A stretch of DNA of 62,827 bases, counting the filler, from Sphacelaria rigidula (taxonomy: Eukaryota), in the NCBI GenBank assembly GCA_964200075.2. It is 10 parts of 10 records of this genome, joined end to end, with 100 filler letters (N's around TTAATTAATTAA, not from the genome) between each part and the next. Parts side by side here need not be neighbours in the genome. Positions count along the whole stretch, not along the records: positions 25,175 to 31,367 come from CAXNAA020021612.1; positions 31,468 to 37,659 come from CAXNAA020021613.1; positions 37,760 to 43,951 come from CAXNAA020021614.1; 7 more parts are not named here. One strand, 5' to 3'. Below the pieces are notes generated by a model. It saw nothing but the letters and a program-made list of their open reading frames with translations, was not told the DNA's origin and did no database searches. This document shows positions 26,561-39,466 of this stretch, in pieces (position 1 is the stretch's first letter; the number at the start of each line of letters is the position of its first letter). A program made the translations under genes and the position numbers.

Positions 26561-26842
26561 TATTTACGTTTGTTGTTTTGCCTGCGGCGTAACCATTGAT
26601 CGACGGATATGTCTACTCATCAACTTTACTGCCGAAAAGACGCTATAATAGCAACGACGGACACATCTAGCACACAGCATACCGCACGCCACGTAGCGCC
26701 GCGCTCTAGCAGCACATTCAGGGTCACACGGAACTCGACGCAATTAGGGGAGCGGGCAAGGGCAAAGTATGTGCTGTAGGCAATACCGACATCCCGGAGA
26801 GTCCTCCCCAGCGCCAGGGCAACACCGAAGGTGACGGACATA

Positions 26843-27299
26843 CAGCCGACAACACGGAGTTTTACAAAATGAGAATTGATTTGTTTTTAGGATGAGAAAC
26901 CCAGAAAATTAAAATCTTCGTCTCCACACCAAATCTTCGAAATATGGTTCCATTTCTCCACTTGCTGGTAGCTATTAACAACTACTACACGCTATACAAA
27001 TGTGGATTTCGATAACCGAAATGTTGGGATCCTGGGTGAAAAACCAGTTTTGGGGAATTTCGGCGATCAGATCGGATCACCTAAATTCCCCAAAATTGTT
27101 TCTTCACTTAGGATCCCAATATGTCGGATATCAGGATCCAAATTTGTATGGCATTTAGTAGTTGTCAATAGCTACCAGTAGGTGAAGAAGTGGAACCAAA
27201 TTTCGAAGATTTGGTGCGGATACGAAGATTTCAATTCTCCGGGTTCTCATCCTCAATAAAAGCTCAACCCCAATTTGTAAAATCCCGTGTTCGACGCTG
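26843..27299. mobile_element. Hairpin (foldback) MITE of about 450 bp
   Basis: The whole unit is an imperfect palindrome centred near 27072, for example aaatcttcgaaatatggttcc vs ggaaccaaatttcgaagattt. A related fragment lies at about 59150-59236. Confidence 0.8.
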
Positions 27300-27451
27300 C
27301 CGTGTCGCTGGAATGTTCTAACGACGACGACGGCGACTACGACCCCGACGACATAAAGGGAAGGACGGCAAAATTCAGCCAATTTTTGGCTCGTGTGCTG
27401 CTGAAATCCTACCGAAAAAATTATCTAACCATGATTATTAGTTGATTAATT

Positions 27452-28024
27452 CAAGGTTGTGTTCTGTAGGGTACGGGTTTCTGTATACCCGGGGTATTTT
27501 TTGGGGTATTCACCGTACCCGACAGTTCTGTGACTTCTGTAAGACTTTCATACCAGTACTCGACAGTTTGGTAAACTCTGTAAGACTTTCATACCCGTAC
27601 CCGATAGTTCTGTGAGTTCTGTAAGACTCCCGAACCGTTACCGGGGGGCACGGGCACGCTCTTGACAAGATACCCGATTGCGTGTACGGTTTTCTGTGCA
27701 ACCTCCATACCCTACTCGACAGTTTCTGTGAGTTCTGTAAGCCTCCCATACCCTTACCCGATAGTTCTGTGACTTCTGTACAGAGTTTTTACCCGTATCC
27801 GGAGTGCGGGTGTGCTCTTGAAGGATACCCGATTGCCGGCACCGGTTTTCTGTAAGCCTCCCATACCGTACCCGACAACTTCTGTAATTTCTGTAAGACT
27901 TTCATCCAGTACCGGTACCCGACAGTTCTGTGAGCTCGGTAAGCCTCCCATACCTTTACCCGGGGTGAGGGTATACCGTTACAGATATACCCGATTACAG
28001 GTATGAGCACAGGTATATACCTTG
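27452..28024. mobile_element. Non-autonomous DNA element with tacccg/ttctgt subterminal repeats
   Basis: Begins caaggttgtgttctgtagggtacggg and contains arrays of ttctgtaagcctcccataccgtacccgacag. Same family as 28662-29153. Confidence 0.75.
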
Positions 28025-28661
28025 CACGGATATAGGTTCAATCCAAAGACAACCTCATGACCTGAACATGTACCTCTCATCGATCAACCCACCCAACGCC
28101 TTCATTCAAAACTGCACACCAACAATGATGCAGTGTTGAAAAGTTCTGTAGTTTGCGCCCTGGCGAGATGCGAGGTACCGCTGAGTGGAAACACGAAGCA
28201 TGAGCAGCACTGCAGACCGTCAGAATGGATCACCCCAGACTCGAGTGGTGACTCGAGCGGGGACGGTTTATCTGCACCACCAGCGGATCAAGTAGCAAGG
28301 TGCATGTCATCGACGTTGATGGTGGTTGTGTCGTGGTCATCAAACCCCAGGCCATTGTCGACATGTACAGCACAGAGTATGAGCTACCACTGAAAGTCGT
28401 CAAGGCCGTCGGCGGTTTTGTCGCATGCCGAATGGCTTCCAGAGAACGGGCAGCCGTGAATGCTCCGTCATGTACTCTCTGGGAGTTTACGTGAAGCCGA
28501 TAGATGTTGACGATCCCGTGCACATGTTTATGCTGCAGTTGTTCGTGTAGTCTTTCTCCATCAACCCCGTGAAGCCGTTCAAAGTTTTCCTGAAGTGTCA
28601 TCTTTTGTTTCTCGCCACTGTTGTAGTGACGTAGATTCCACCACAGGGGTGATGATGATAC

Positions 28662-29153
28662 CAAGGTCGTGTTCTGTAGGGTACGGTGTTCTGTATACCT
28701 GGAGTATTTTGCCGGGTATATACCGTACCCGACAGTTCTGTACACTCCCTAAGATCTTCATACCCGTACCCGATAGGTCTGAGTTCTGTAGGCCTCCCGT
28801 ACCGTTACCGGGAGGCACGAGTATGCTCTTGATAAGATACCCGATTGCGGGTACGGTTTTCTGTGCAACCTCCGTACCCTACCCGAGAGTTTCTGTGAGT
28901 TCTGTAAGCCTCTCATACCCTTACCCAATAGTTCCGTGAGTTCTGTACAAAACCTTTACCCTAACCCGAGAGGCGGGTATACCCTAAAAGAGTTACCCGA
29001 TTGCCGGTACCGGTCTTCTGTAAGCCTCCCATACCGTACCCGACAAGTTCTGTGACTTCTGTAAGAAATTCATATCGGTACCCGACGGTTCTGTCAGTTC
29101 TGCAAGGAATCTCATACCCTACAGAACGTACCCGTACCTTACAGAACACAACC
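28662..29153. mobile_element. Non-autonomous DNA element (MITE), same family as 27452-28024
   Basis: TIRs ggtcgtgttctgtagggtacgg and ccgtaccttacagaacacaacc. Confidence 0.8.
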
Positions 29154-30999
29154 AACAATATATTCGTGAGATTGAGAGTAGCGTATCGGATTGAGAGTGG
29201 GGTTTCATTTGAACTGTGGGCAGGGCGTGCAGTTTCGATTAATGGACAAAATGCTTAGGCAGGATAATGGCCGTCAGTCATAACAATGTTTCCGTGAAAT
29301 TGAGCGTTGAAAGTACGATTGAGAGTGAGGTCTTATTCATAACATGACTCGTTTCCACACCCTGGACAATAGACGGCATCTATTGCGATAGCAATAGAAT
29401 CTGCTACAGTNNNNNNNGTTGAAAGTACGATCGAGAGTGAGGTCTTATTCATAACATGACTCGCTTCGCCGGTTCCGATAATGAGACGGAAAGTTTACAT
29501 GTGTAGTATGTTGGAACATTCCTGCCACCCGTTGCCTGAATGGAATGGCAGAATAATGTTGAAGTGTTGCGCGCTGGCCCACACGTCGCATTTGTGGAAA
29601 AATGCACCGCTCAAGATGTCTCCAAAGTAGTATGAGTCGTGCGGTTCGAGTATAAAATACGATTTAGCCAGGTTGTGCCCGAATTCATTCGCAAATGCAG
29701 TTGATCCACCACTCGTCGTGTGGACTTGGGACTCGTGGATATCTTGAAATCACTTCTCTGTTAAAAAAATTCGCCGCAGTTTCCGCCGTTGTTTTTGAAA
29801 GCGCAAGTCATCGCGTGTGATATGATTGCTGATATCTCGCCTTTTCGTGCCGAGAAAAGTCGCAAAACGTGGTGGGACCCTGGAGTCTGTTCCATGATCT
29901 TACCCTCGATGGCAGCGGATCATGACAATTTTTCTTGCACGAAGCCAATGGAGCGCCTCCCGTCCATGAGCTGCAGCAAATCGATTTTGCCAGGGACTCT
30001 CGCCAACCGCATCGGATTTCCGAAAATGCACTCAAAACATGTGCCGACGGACCCATCAAGAATAGCTCATAATCCATCAACACGGGAAAACAAATACTAC
30101 CGCATCAGCAAATTAGCTGCAAAACACCGGGACCACTTGGAACTGGCTAACCAAAAAAAGACATCACGCTGTGCTGAACAGCAATCAACGGTACAACGAA
30201 CACCGGACGCTGGGTCTCGGTAGACTCCAAGACCACCGCTCCTGCTCCTCCACCTCTACCCCATCCGTGCTCCCCTCCTTGAGGGACAGTACGTGGCGTA
30301 CACAAATCGCTGGCTCTGTGCAATTTGATGTCACGCCGACCGTCAACACTTCGGAGAGATGCGTCTTGCACGTCTTCTGCATGATCCTGCGGGAATGATT
30401 GATCGGGGGCAGCGGCGAAGGGTACGGGTGGTCGCAAGAGTTGATGGGGCAGGTTACAGTCGATAAATCGGGCGCTTCAGTACAGCTGGGCCAATTTCAA
30501 CAACTTCAAATTAGAAACTGGCGCAAACAGGACGTCCTTTTGTCCCGTGTGGGGATGATGCTTCCAAACGTATCCATTTACTTGGCAACACGCGAGGACG
30601 ATACCGACACGTTCAACACTAGGCGGGTACTCCCGATCGAAAAGACTTGGGCTCATCCTGCCGAGCAGCTGGGCACTCTCGACTCCTGCAACATTAGACA
30701 CGACATCCTCCAAGGCCTTGTCGAGCTCGATCGTGTCTCCATCGGGGAGGTTTGTCTGGTTCGTGGAAAAGGTGCCAGCGACAGCGGGGGGAAAGAGACG
30801 GTGCGCATCCGGTGGGGGTGCTAGTCAAGAGTTATGACGCATATACATGGGTAGTGCACTGGCTGGGATGTCCGTCATCATTTGTGATACACACCCATAT
30901 ATTATCTAGTATGAACAGAAGTGCCCCAAAACAAATGAGAGGCCCTATGCCGATGTTTTCAATCCTAGGTGTTTTCGGGGAGGGTCACTAAATCCCATA

Positions 31000-31367
31000 T
31001 GTAAATAAAAAGTAAAAAGTAAAAAGTAAAAAGTAAAAAGTAAAAAGTAAAAAGTAAAAAGTAAAAAGTATATAAAGAATAACAATGCGTCGTAATGATT
31101 CTTTAATTCTTCGCATACCTCCGGAGCTAAGGCCGAGTTATATTCATGAGTTTCGGCTCTACATTGCACATCACACTTCCACGACGAGAACAAGACCAGA
31201 CAAATACCCCAATAATCTGCGATGCTTCCTCAATCGAGCTTAGCGCATTTATCTGCACCGCCAATTTGCGTCCAATGTTGTGGTGGCAGATGGGGCCAAC
31301 AGTCATGGGCGCCACCTCACCCAAGTCGCCCTAAAATGGCTGTATATTGAGTGTTTCTTACTGTAAA
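31000..31367 (-). repeat. Interspersed repeat family B copy with (AAAAGT)n tail
   Basis: Reverse complement of 26224-26560. Confidence 0.75.
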
Positions 31368-31756
31368 NNNNNNNNNNNNNNNNNNNNNNNNNNNNNNNNN
31401 NNNNNNNNNNNTTAATTAATTAANNNNNNNNNNNNNNNNNNNNNNNNNNNNNNNNNNNNNNNNNNNNTAGCTTACACAGTGAGTGGCGTGTTTTACAGCG
31501 TCATCGCCAACCGACGCCAACCCCATCGGGGGGAGGCAGTGTGGGGGTGGAGGGTCGGGTGATGCTCCATTGAAGATTTTCCCGGGGCCGTTCGTTCGGA
31601 GTCAAGCGACTTCGAAACCGGTCCTTGACGCAGGCTTGAAGGCGGTACATGTATGTACTTCGATTTGTTGAGGTTTTCATTTCATGGTCCCGATGCTGCT
31701 TGCGTTTTGGTCTCCTAAAAGTGTTCTCTTCCCTCTTCGAAAATCGTTCTCCACAG

Positions 31757-34700
31757 ATGCTTTGGCAGTCGAAAGCCTGGCCATAGACGTTTCGCTGAAC
31801 GAGCAGGGTCCTGACTTCATGAACAGGAGGTTAGGGTTCTGCGAAGATGGCTTTTGGCTCATCACGCCCAGGGGAGGGGGGTTTCCTTTTTACGGGGTAA
31901 GTTACATGCATTGCATTTCGCCGTGACGATAGACTAATTGTCGAATGGTTGATTCCAATATGGATAAAGGTTTCAAATATAATGTAAGTGCTCGGGACAT
32001 ACGTGCACGTACCTCACCTGAAGATATTTATGTATTGTTGTGAGAGCGAATGACGAGCCATTGGAGCGTGATATTAGGCCTCGAAGAAATACTCCATTAT
32101 TTCTCCGCGAAGGTCGAGCGTCCTACTGCAAATCTGTCGGGAAGTGTATATTTCGAGCGAAAACGGCGGCAAGATAGTGCTCTGCATCTCTCGTCGCAAT
32201 TAGTCTGTGCGAGTCATCCCCGTTTTCACCGCATATTTTCCTTCTGTGGAGTTTTCATCATTCTTTGTTCGAGTGAGTGTGTCTGCTCTCATTTCGAGTA
32301 GACGAAAGAGGATAATGGAGTGTATCACCAACACGGACATGGTCAATCTGTACTGCTATACACTAGACTACACTAGGCACATTATGTTGGTCCCGTGCGC
32401 AGCAAACTCAATAAAATCCATCTACTATCTCGCACGTATGAAATAACCCGGAGAATCAAAGACCATGTCATCTCCCGTAGGGCTGCACTCGGTGCCGGTA
32501 TTTGGAACATGACTGCACGGACTTTTTCACGAACCCGCTGCTGTACGCGGTGCGCCGCATCTGTAAAGTGCGGTGATGCAGTACGACACAGAAGTGGACG
32601 ACGATGGTGCTTGCCGTGTCAAAATTCAATTATTGCGGTTACCGTGACATTAGGAAGTCCCGGTATCTTACCGCGGCTATCGCATTTCTCGGCATCCCTT
32701 ACGACTGCACTGTACTGTTGTATGTCCATACGTACGCACGCATTGTATCGATTAGTTCAAAGATGACTGTGATGGTCAGCGTTTAGCTAGGTACAGAACG
32801 AAACCCAGAAATTATGAGAAGACATGAAAAATGGGCACGGTACGATACCATATGATGATTGTACTGTATCACCAGTCCTAAATCAAGCATGTGGCTTCAC
32901 CGTAGCGTAGCACACACATCCAAGTCGACAGCCGTATTTTCCCTTCACCATCGTGTCTTGTATTGAATTTGTGTTATTAATAGTGCCGCGGAGTGAAGAT
33001 GAAACCAGATGCGGGACCAAAATTATTGGAAAATCAAACGGATAAACTTTGCAAACGCGGCATCTTGTTTTGAACCCCGAGCAACCCTTTCCCACACAGA
33101 AACTGCACCGCTCGCTGTAGCACGCAGATGGTGAAGTGCAAGTCGACCAAGTATCGAGCCTAACAGAAGCGCAGAAGCAAGCGCATCGCATGAATAAATT
33201 CGCCATTGTAGCACGTACAGTAACGGCGACGGCGTGTGTTTCATGAAGCCACGAATGTGTCCAAAAATCTCGAAAATACGATCAAAACAGAAGAATGAAG
33301 GACATACAGGTGGACAATACTACAAAATTGGCACCTGAACGAATGGAGGATCAAAATGGGCACGGGGCAAAATAAGTACAAAGCGATAGTTTTTTTATGC
33401 ATGCACCACAGCACGCAAAACCTTGTTCTTTACATGTTTGCAAGGGTAGGTCGAGTAGAGTATACTCAATACTCAGTATTTTTGAAGAGTAATACTTGTA
33501 GTACTCAAAGTTTGAGTAAAGTATTCGAGGTCGTACTCAACCTACTCAAATATTCGAGTAAAGCATTTGAAATCATACTCAACGTACTCGAATTTTGAGT
33601 AGAGTATTGAGGTCATACTCAAGTGATGTTCTATACTCAAGTATTACTGAGAGCGCTTACTCAAAAATTGAGTAGAGTTTTTGAGGTCGTACTCGACCTA
33701 CTCAAAATTTGATTAGAGTATTGGAGGCCGTACTCAACGTACTCAAAATTTAAGTAGAGTATTTGAGGCCATACTCGACCACCATAAACGTCGAGTAGAG
33801 TAAATACTTGAGTATTATACTCGAGTACTCAAAAGTACATAGTCTACTCGACCTACCCTTGAAAAAGTGGTTGTTTCCATACCAAACTGGCTGGTGAGAT
33901 GGGGCGCTGGGGCAGGTAGGTTCATTCACCTGCACGCTTTTTCTTTTTTCTATGGCCATCATTCGCTCATACTCCTTGCTGGCTGTGATGTAACACCGCC
34001 CATGTGATTGATGGCCATCGTTCGCCCATGTATTCAACATAGTCTGTAAAGTGACGTCACGAAGTCGCCGACTGACATGAAAATTCACCATACCCAAGGG
34101 GCACTCTATACTCAAGTATTACTGAGAGAGCTTACTCAATATTTGAGTAGAGTATTTGAGAAGAGTATTAAGGTCATACTCAAGTGATATTCTATACTCA
34201 AGTATTACCGAGAGAGCTTACTCAATATTTGGGTGGAGTATTTGAGACCATACTCAAGCTACTCAAAATTTGAGTAGAGTATTCAAGGCCGTACTCGACC
34301 TACTCAAAATCTGAGAAGAGTATTAAGGTCATACTCAAGTGATACTCTATGCTCAAGTATTACCGAGAGAGCTTACTCAATATTTGGGTGGAGTATTTGA
34401 GACCATACTCAAGCTACTAAAAATCTGAGTAGAGTATTAAAGTCATACTCAAGTGATACTCTATACTCAAGTACTACTGAGAGTGCGTACTCAATATTCG
34501 AGTAGAGTATTTGAGGTCGTACTCGACTTACTCAAAATCTGATTAGAGCATTTGGGGCCGTACTCGACCTACGTAAACGTCGAGTAGAGTAAATACTCGA
34601 GTACTATACTCGAGTACTCAAAAGTAGATACTCTACTCGACCTACCCTTGCATGTTTGGTCCACGCCTACAGGATGTAAGTATATGTCACGTGCAGGTTC

Positions 34701-35762
34701 GAGAAACTGATGCCAGAAACATGATTCCGGAATGGAAACAAAGAGTGAAAAACTGACGTTGAGTGGAGCCACCGGACATCCAACGCAACGCGACCGAGGC
34801 ACGCACGAAGAAGTTGGTCCAAAGAAAATCAGAAGCAACATACCATAACATCCAATATTGTGACATTGTGCGACAAATTATATCCTCACTGCTTCATCTA
34901 CCATGCGATCAGTCGCTCACTATATTTTTGCGCGCTTGCCGCTGAATTTTTGCGCGCTTGCGTTTTATTGCGGTACCCATGATAGTGGTCGAGCTAGATC
35001 ATATTTTGCGGGGTGCGAGATCGTCGATTCCGCGCAAAGGGGATGATCGCACTACTTAGTGTTGAAATGGTGAGACACCCATGAGGCAGAGTGTATGCCG
35101 TGTCTGTCTCTGAAATTGGCAATGCCAGAGAATGAAGCAAGTCATTGAAGGCTGTCACCCAAATGCAAGATAATCAGTACGCTTCGGGCCGAGCAATTCT
35201 TAGCAGGATACAGCTCACCCTTTATGCGACTCGCCGAACACATCACGGCGCTTCGCGCTTGGTGATGGATTGCGAGCCTGAGCCGGCGAACACCTGGCCT
35301 GCTCCGTGCCGGCTCTGTAGGGATGCGAGGTCAATGGTCATATGAGTTATGGCATGCAAGATCATGACTACCTCCCCTCTTCCCGACCCACTTTTGCGTG
35401 CAAACCCTGTGAAGACTAAAGAATGCGCAGAACACCCAGCGGACATCTCCCCGAACGCAGTGTGGAACATGGTCGAGTGCAAAGGATGCGGTTCCCAGCC
35501 CATGGACGAAACGATCACCATTTCTTGCGACTCAGAAGGCTATGTGGCTCCACCTACCCCGTCAGTGATCCCAACCCCCGCCCCTTCCATGCTGCCTGGT
35601 GCTACCAGTAGCCCCGTAGGGGACGATGATTTGCAAAGGCTTAACGTTGCCGCCGCTTCAGCTCGCGGCTTCGGCGGAGGAAGGGCTGGAGGGGGGGGGG
35701 TATTGTTGCCTTTCCTTTTATCGGTGGTTGTTGCTATAGCCACACTTACGGTGGGCAGATGA
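31757..35762 (+). CDS. 3' exons of a probable cell-surface protein with a GPI-anchor or C-terminal transmembrane signal
   Basis: Exon 31757-31896 (cacag|...FCEDGFWLITPRGGGFPFYG|gtaagt, ends phase 0) can join terminal exon ~35415-35762. That exon reads TKECAEHPADISPNAVWNMVECKGC, then a Pro/Thr/Ser stalk, a Gly/Ala spacer, hydrophobic VLLPFLLSVVVAIATLTV and a stop. Intervening or upstream exons are not resolved. Confidence 0.6.
33441..34650. mobile_element. Composite hAT-type non-autonomous element with 8-bp TSD
   Basis: Perfect 20-bp TIRs caagggtaggtcgagtagag and ctctactcgacctacccttg. TSD catgtttg at 33433-33440 and 34651-34658. Dense tactc/gagta subterminal repeats. Confidence 0.85.
35078..35375 (+). 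repeat. Interspersed repeat family A, near full-length copy
   Basis: Matches 6027-6194 and the reverse complement of 38770-39074. Confidence 0.8.
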
Positions 35763-38700
35763 TCTTGTGAGGAGGGCGGGTGAGATAGGGCAAAAATATT
35801 TGGAGAGTGTGATCAGTTTTGCTGAGGGCGGAAGGGTCCACGAAAAGTGTGAGCGAGGTGAAGTTGAAAACCGGAAGAAGTGGCGGCTCTGCTCCGTGCT
35901 TTGCGCTCTGGTGCGATAGCTTTCTCTCCAAAGGGTACCTTGTGTGCATCCAGAGTAATGCTGTCCAGAACTAGCATAATCCCTTGGGACGCGAGAGCAT
36001 GCAGAAGGATGTCGGAAGAAATTGGGCCGTGATGCCTGCTACAAAATATTTGTGTCCGTAGGGTTAGCCATATCAGCCGAATCCCCCCCCCCCCCCCCCC
36101 GGCGCGCGCGCCCGCTCCCAAAATACTCCGGAACTGTCAGCCGGCGATACTGTTTCGACATCCCGTCTCGCGCCAACCAGATTAAGAAACGTACGGATCC
36201 TTGTCACGAATGACGTTGTCGAAGGAACTGATGATGTGATGTTGCCGTGATAGCCGTCATGACTGGAGTGGTGGATGCGGGGAACCGAAGGGTGAGGCGT
36301 GTGCAGCTAACGGCTGCAGTCAAACCGCGCAAAGCTGGAGCACTAAACTCAGCCGCAAAAAACAGGAGTGAAAAAACGCGGGAGCGGTAGGCCCTCTCTT
36401 CGGAAGGCGTTGCCTCCTCTGTGCTTGCATGTTGGAAATACAGTAGTAGGCAAGTCGAGTTCTTCGTTGGTCATCGTTTCTAGCCCACCGGCACGCGTTT
36501 TTAGTAAGTGTGTGTGTAGTGTTTAATGTGAGAAGAGTATGACCCAGCTAGCGAGACAGAGATGACGCAGTAAAGTTCGTCGGAAAACAGGGGCGGTAAC
36601 AGTGCGTGATTCCCTGGGTTACAAATACCTCGTACTTGACCGGTCGACCGATGGTTGATGATTCCTCAACTTGATTTTGTGGAGGCAGATTGTTTTTCTT
36701 GAAATGGCCGACGCCGAAAGTTTTCCGTCGAACGAGAGCTTTTGGAAAACCGCGGAGTGACGCTTGAGGATTGCATGTAGAGGGGGGAGGGCGGGTGGGG
36801 GAGGGGGTATGGTTTTTTGGTGGGATCTGGGATTGTAATGGAAATCGGAAAACGGGCGCTCTTTGGTTAGACTTGTTCGCCCATTGCCACCCGACGTATA
36901 TATTATGATTGCAACTGTTGTAGTGGGTTTGTTGGTGATGACTGTGTTTGGATTTGATACGTTTGGCAATTCTAGTACTTGTATAAATGTTTCCTGGTGA
37001 CGAGTTATTTTGAGGCTTGGAGCACTTCTTCAAGTTGATCATGATCACCTTAATAGTGGTTCTTCATTTTTTTCTTGTCTGTTGGAAATGGGGAGGCGGG
37101 TTTGATGATGAAGGGTGTACACAAACACGATACAGGGTGTCTTCGTTGCTTTTGCGTGTGCGCTCGGTTTTCGTGCGACTAAATTATCGAATGATTGACG
37201 CCTTCCTCCCATGCAGACATGGTGCCTGAGAGAGAATGAATGTGGCATGTAATTTTCTGACTATCCAAAGAAAAAATCTCCTGAATTGTGATTGGTTCGA
37301 TCCATTTGTTCTTGATTTTTGTTGGGCGTTCATTCTCTTTCTTCGTGACACTAACAGCAGAGAGAATGCACTTACAAAATATGTCGTGACTATGGTCCAG
37401 ATTGAGCATGCAAGCTGTCGCAAGGTTTCGTGGTGTTGTGGTGAGGGTAAGATGATACTGAAAATACATCGTCTTGTCTGGACGGGGCTTAGAGCTCAGC
37501 AAATTAGTCCCTCCGGCCATCAGGCCAAGTGCTGTAGTCCACGGCTAGCTTTGTTCGTCTACCTCTGGTGGGGGGAGTTTGGCTTGTGCTTGTGATTTAG
37601 CCTCTTGACTAGCTACCCCCCCCCCCGAACACAGCCGACATGCCACACAGAGACGGAGGNNNNNNNNNNNNNNNNNNNNNNNNNNNNNNNNNNNNNNNNN
37701 NNNTTAATTAATTAANNNNNNNNNNNNNNNNNNNNNNNNNNNNNNNNNNNNNNNNNNNNGCCCTATAAATTTTTCAGCCAACGAGCAGCCCAACGAGCAC
37801 GAGTGTCACTCGTGGCACTCGTGCTCGTCCGACGTATGAAAACTTCTGACGCTGACTACTATAGCGTTTTCATTTTTTTCGTTCAAAAAATGAAATAAAA
37901 TACCGTATTTTGGGCAGTTTTGAGAAGAAATGAACACTGCTCTTGGGCCTCATCTCAATTTGTAGAATTATCATTTGAAACTCAGGATAAAGAACCACAG
38001 AGGTATGCTGAAAAAAAAGATGAACCCTCAATTTGTTTTTGGCAGAGGTTCGGACGTTTCCGTAAAAAAATCGTCGTTTCCATCCTATAACGCCCTAAAC
38101 CAGTGCAAAAAATATTAAAAAACAACCTGACTCATTTTGTTTCGTCGATTATGCCCTAGCCACAGCCCACACAAAGTTTCAATACACAAACACCAAACGT
38201 GGGCCGGTAAGTGGCCTGCAAAATACTGTTCCGACTTTCTTCTGGCCCGGTCACTAAACGGGCCATTAACGGGCCAATAATTATAGTTGAACCCTGAAAT
38301 TTGGTATGGACAGAGAATAGGGCATGATAAAAACAATTACTAGTGCACACAAGTTTTTCTCTTCATGAGTTAAGGGTATTATGTCTTATTCATTATCCAT
38401 ACCAAATTTCAGGGCCCAACTCCAAGTATGGGCCGGCCAATGGGCCTGCAAACTACAAATTCGCTTTTCGGCTGGTCCAGCTCGTAACAGTGTGCGGTAT
38501 GACTCCGGTACGAACCACCCCACGGAAGCGAAGCGAGTCGTACTGCATGAGCCACGTGCTACACGGAGATGGCTCGAGGGCGCAAATGACATGAGGGCTT
38601 GAAGACAAGCATGACAACCCATTCACAAAAATGAACACACTCACACACACACCGAGTGCATGTAGATTCACGAGCGACAACGCGACCTGGTAACTACCGA

Positions 38701-38769
38701 GTTGTGCTGCACCATAAAGTCACACTACACGCATTCATGACATCACACCCTACACAGCGGGTGGGGTGT

Positions 38770-39074
38770 GGGGGGGGGGGGGGTTACTCATGATCTTGCA
38801 TGTCATGGTCATATGACCGTTGACCACTCATCCCAACAAAGCCAGGACGGAGGACGCCGGTTTTTCGCCGGACCAGGCTCGCAGTCAATCACCAAGCACG
38901 AAGCGCCGTGATGTGTTTGCTGAGTCCAATGAACGGTGAGCTGCATCCTGCTAAGACTATTCGGCCCGAAGCGTGCTGATTATCTTGCATTTGGATGGCA
39001 ACCTCCAATGAATTACGTCATTTTCTGGTATCGACAGTTCCAGAGACTGCCACGGATTACACACTGCCTCATGG
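38770..39074 (-). repeat. Interspersed repeat family A copy
   Basis: Reverse complement of 35078-35375, with a poly-C tail on the element strand. Confidence 0.8.
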
Positions 39075-39466
39075 TCACCACCATTTGAATACTACGTAGC
39101 CCTGCACGGGAGGGGTTAGTATCACTAGGGTTTCAGTACCGTACATCTGTTGGAGGATGAGTGAACTCAAGCATTAACACGGTTTCGGAAACACATGCAC
39201 TTAAAGACGGGCACTCAAAGGTCCTTTAAGTGTAAACATTCTTCAACAAGTGGCGAAAAAACCATGAAGAAAAACAAACCCAAGAAACCACACAAACACA
39301 TCACAAGGTAGTGCACGTACTACTTAGCACGCACGTGGATGATGAACTGAGGCCACAATAGGCACAACAGTCACACACCAAACACTCGCAAAATAGCTGG
39401 CATCCCGAACACAAGCACAAGGGGATAACAACACAATATCTCTCCTGTCGAGGCATCAACTCTTAC

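Noticed and set aside
26224..31367. Inverted pair of family B repeats as TIRs of a 5-kb transposon
   Set aside because: The copies are diverged and carry retroposon-like tails, no TSD is testable at the contig end, and no transposase is recognisable between them.
33441..34650. Regular tactc/gagta repeats as a CRISPR array or satellite
   Set aside because: Bounded by TIRs and an 8-bp TSD, so these are transposon subterminal repeats.
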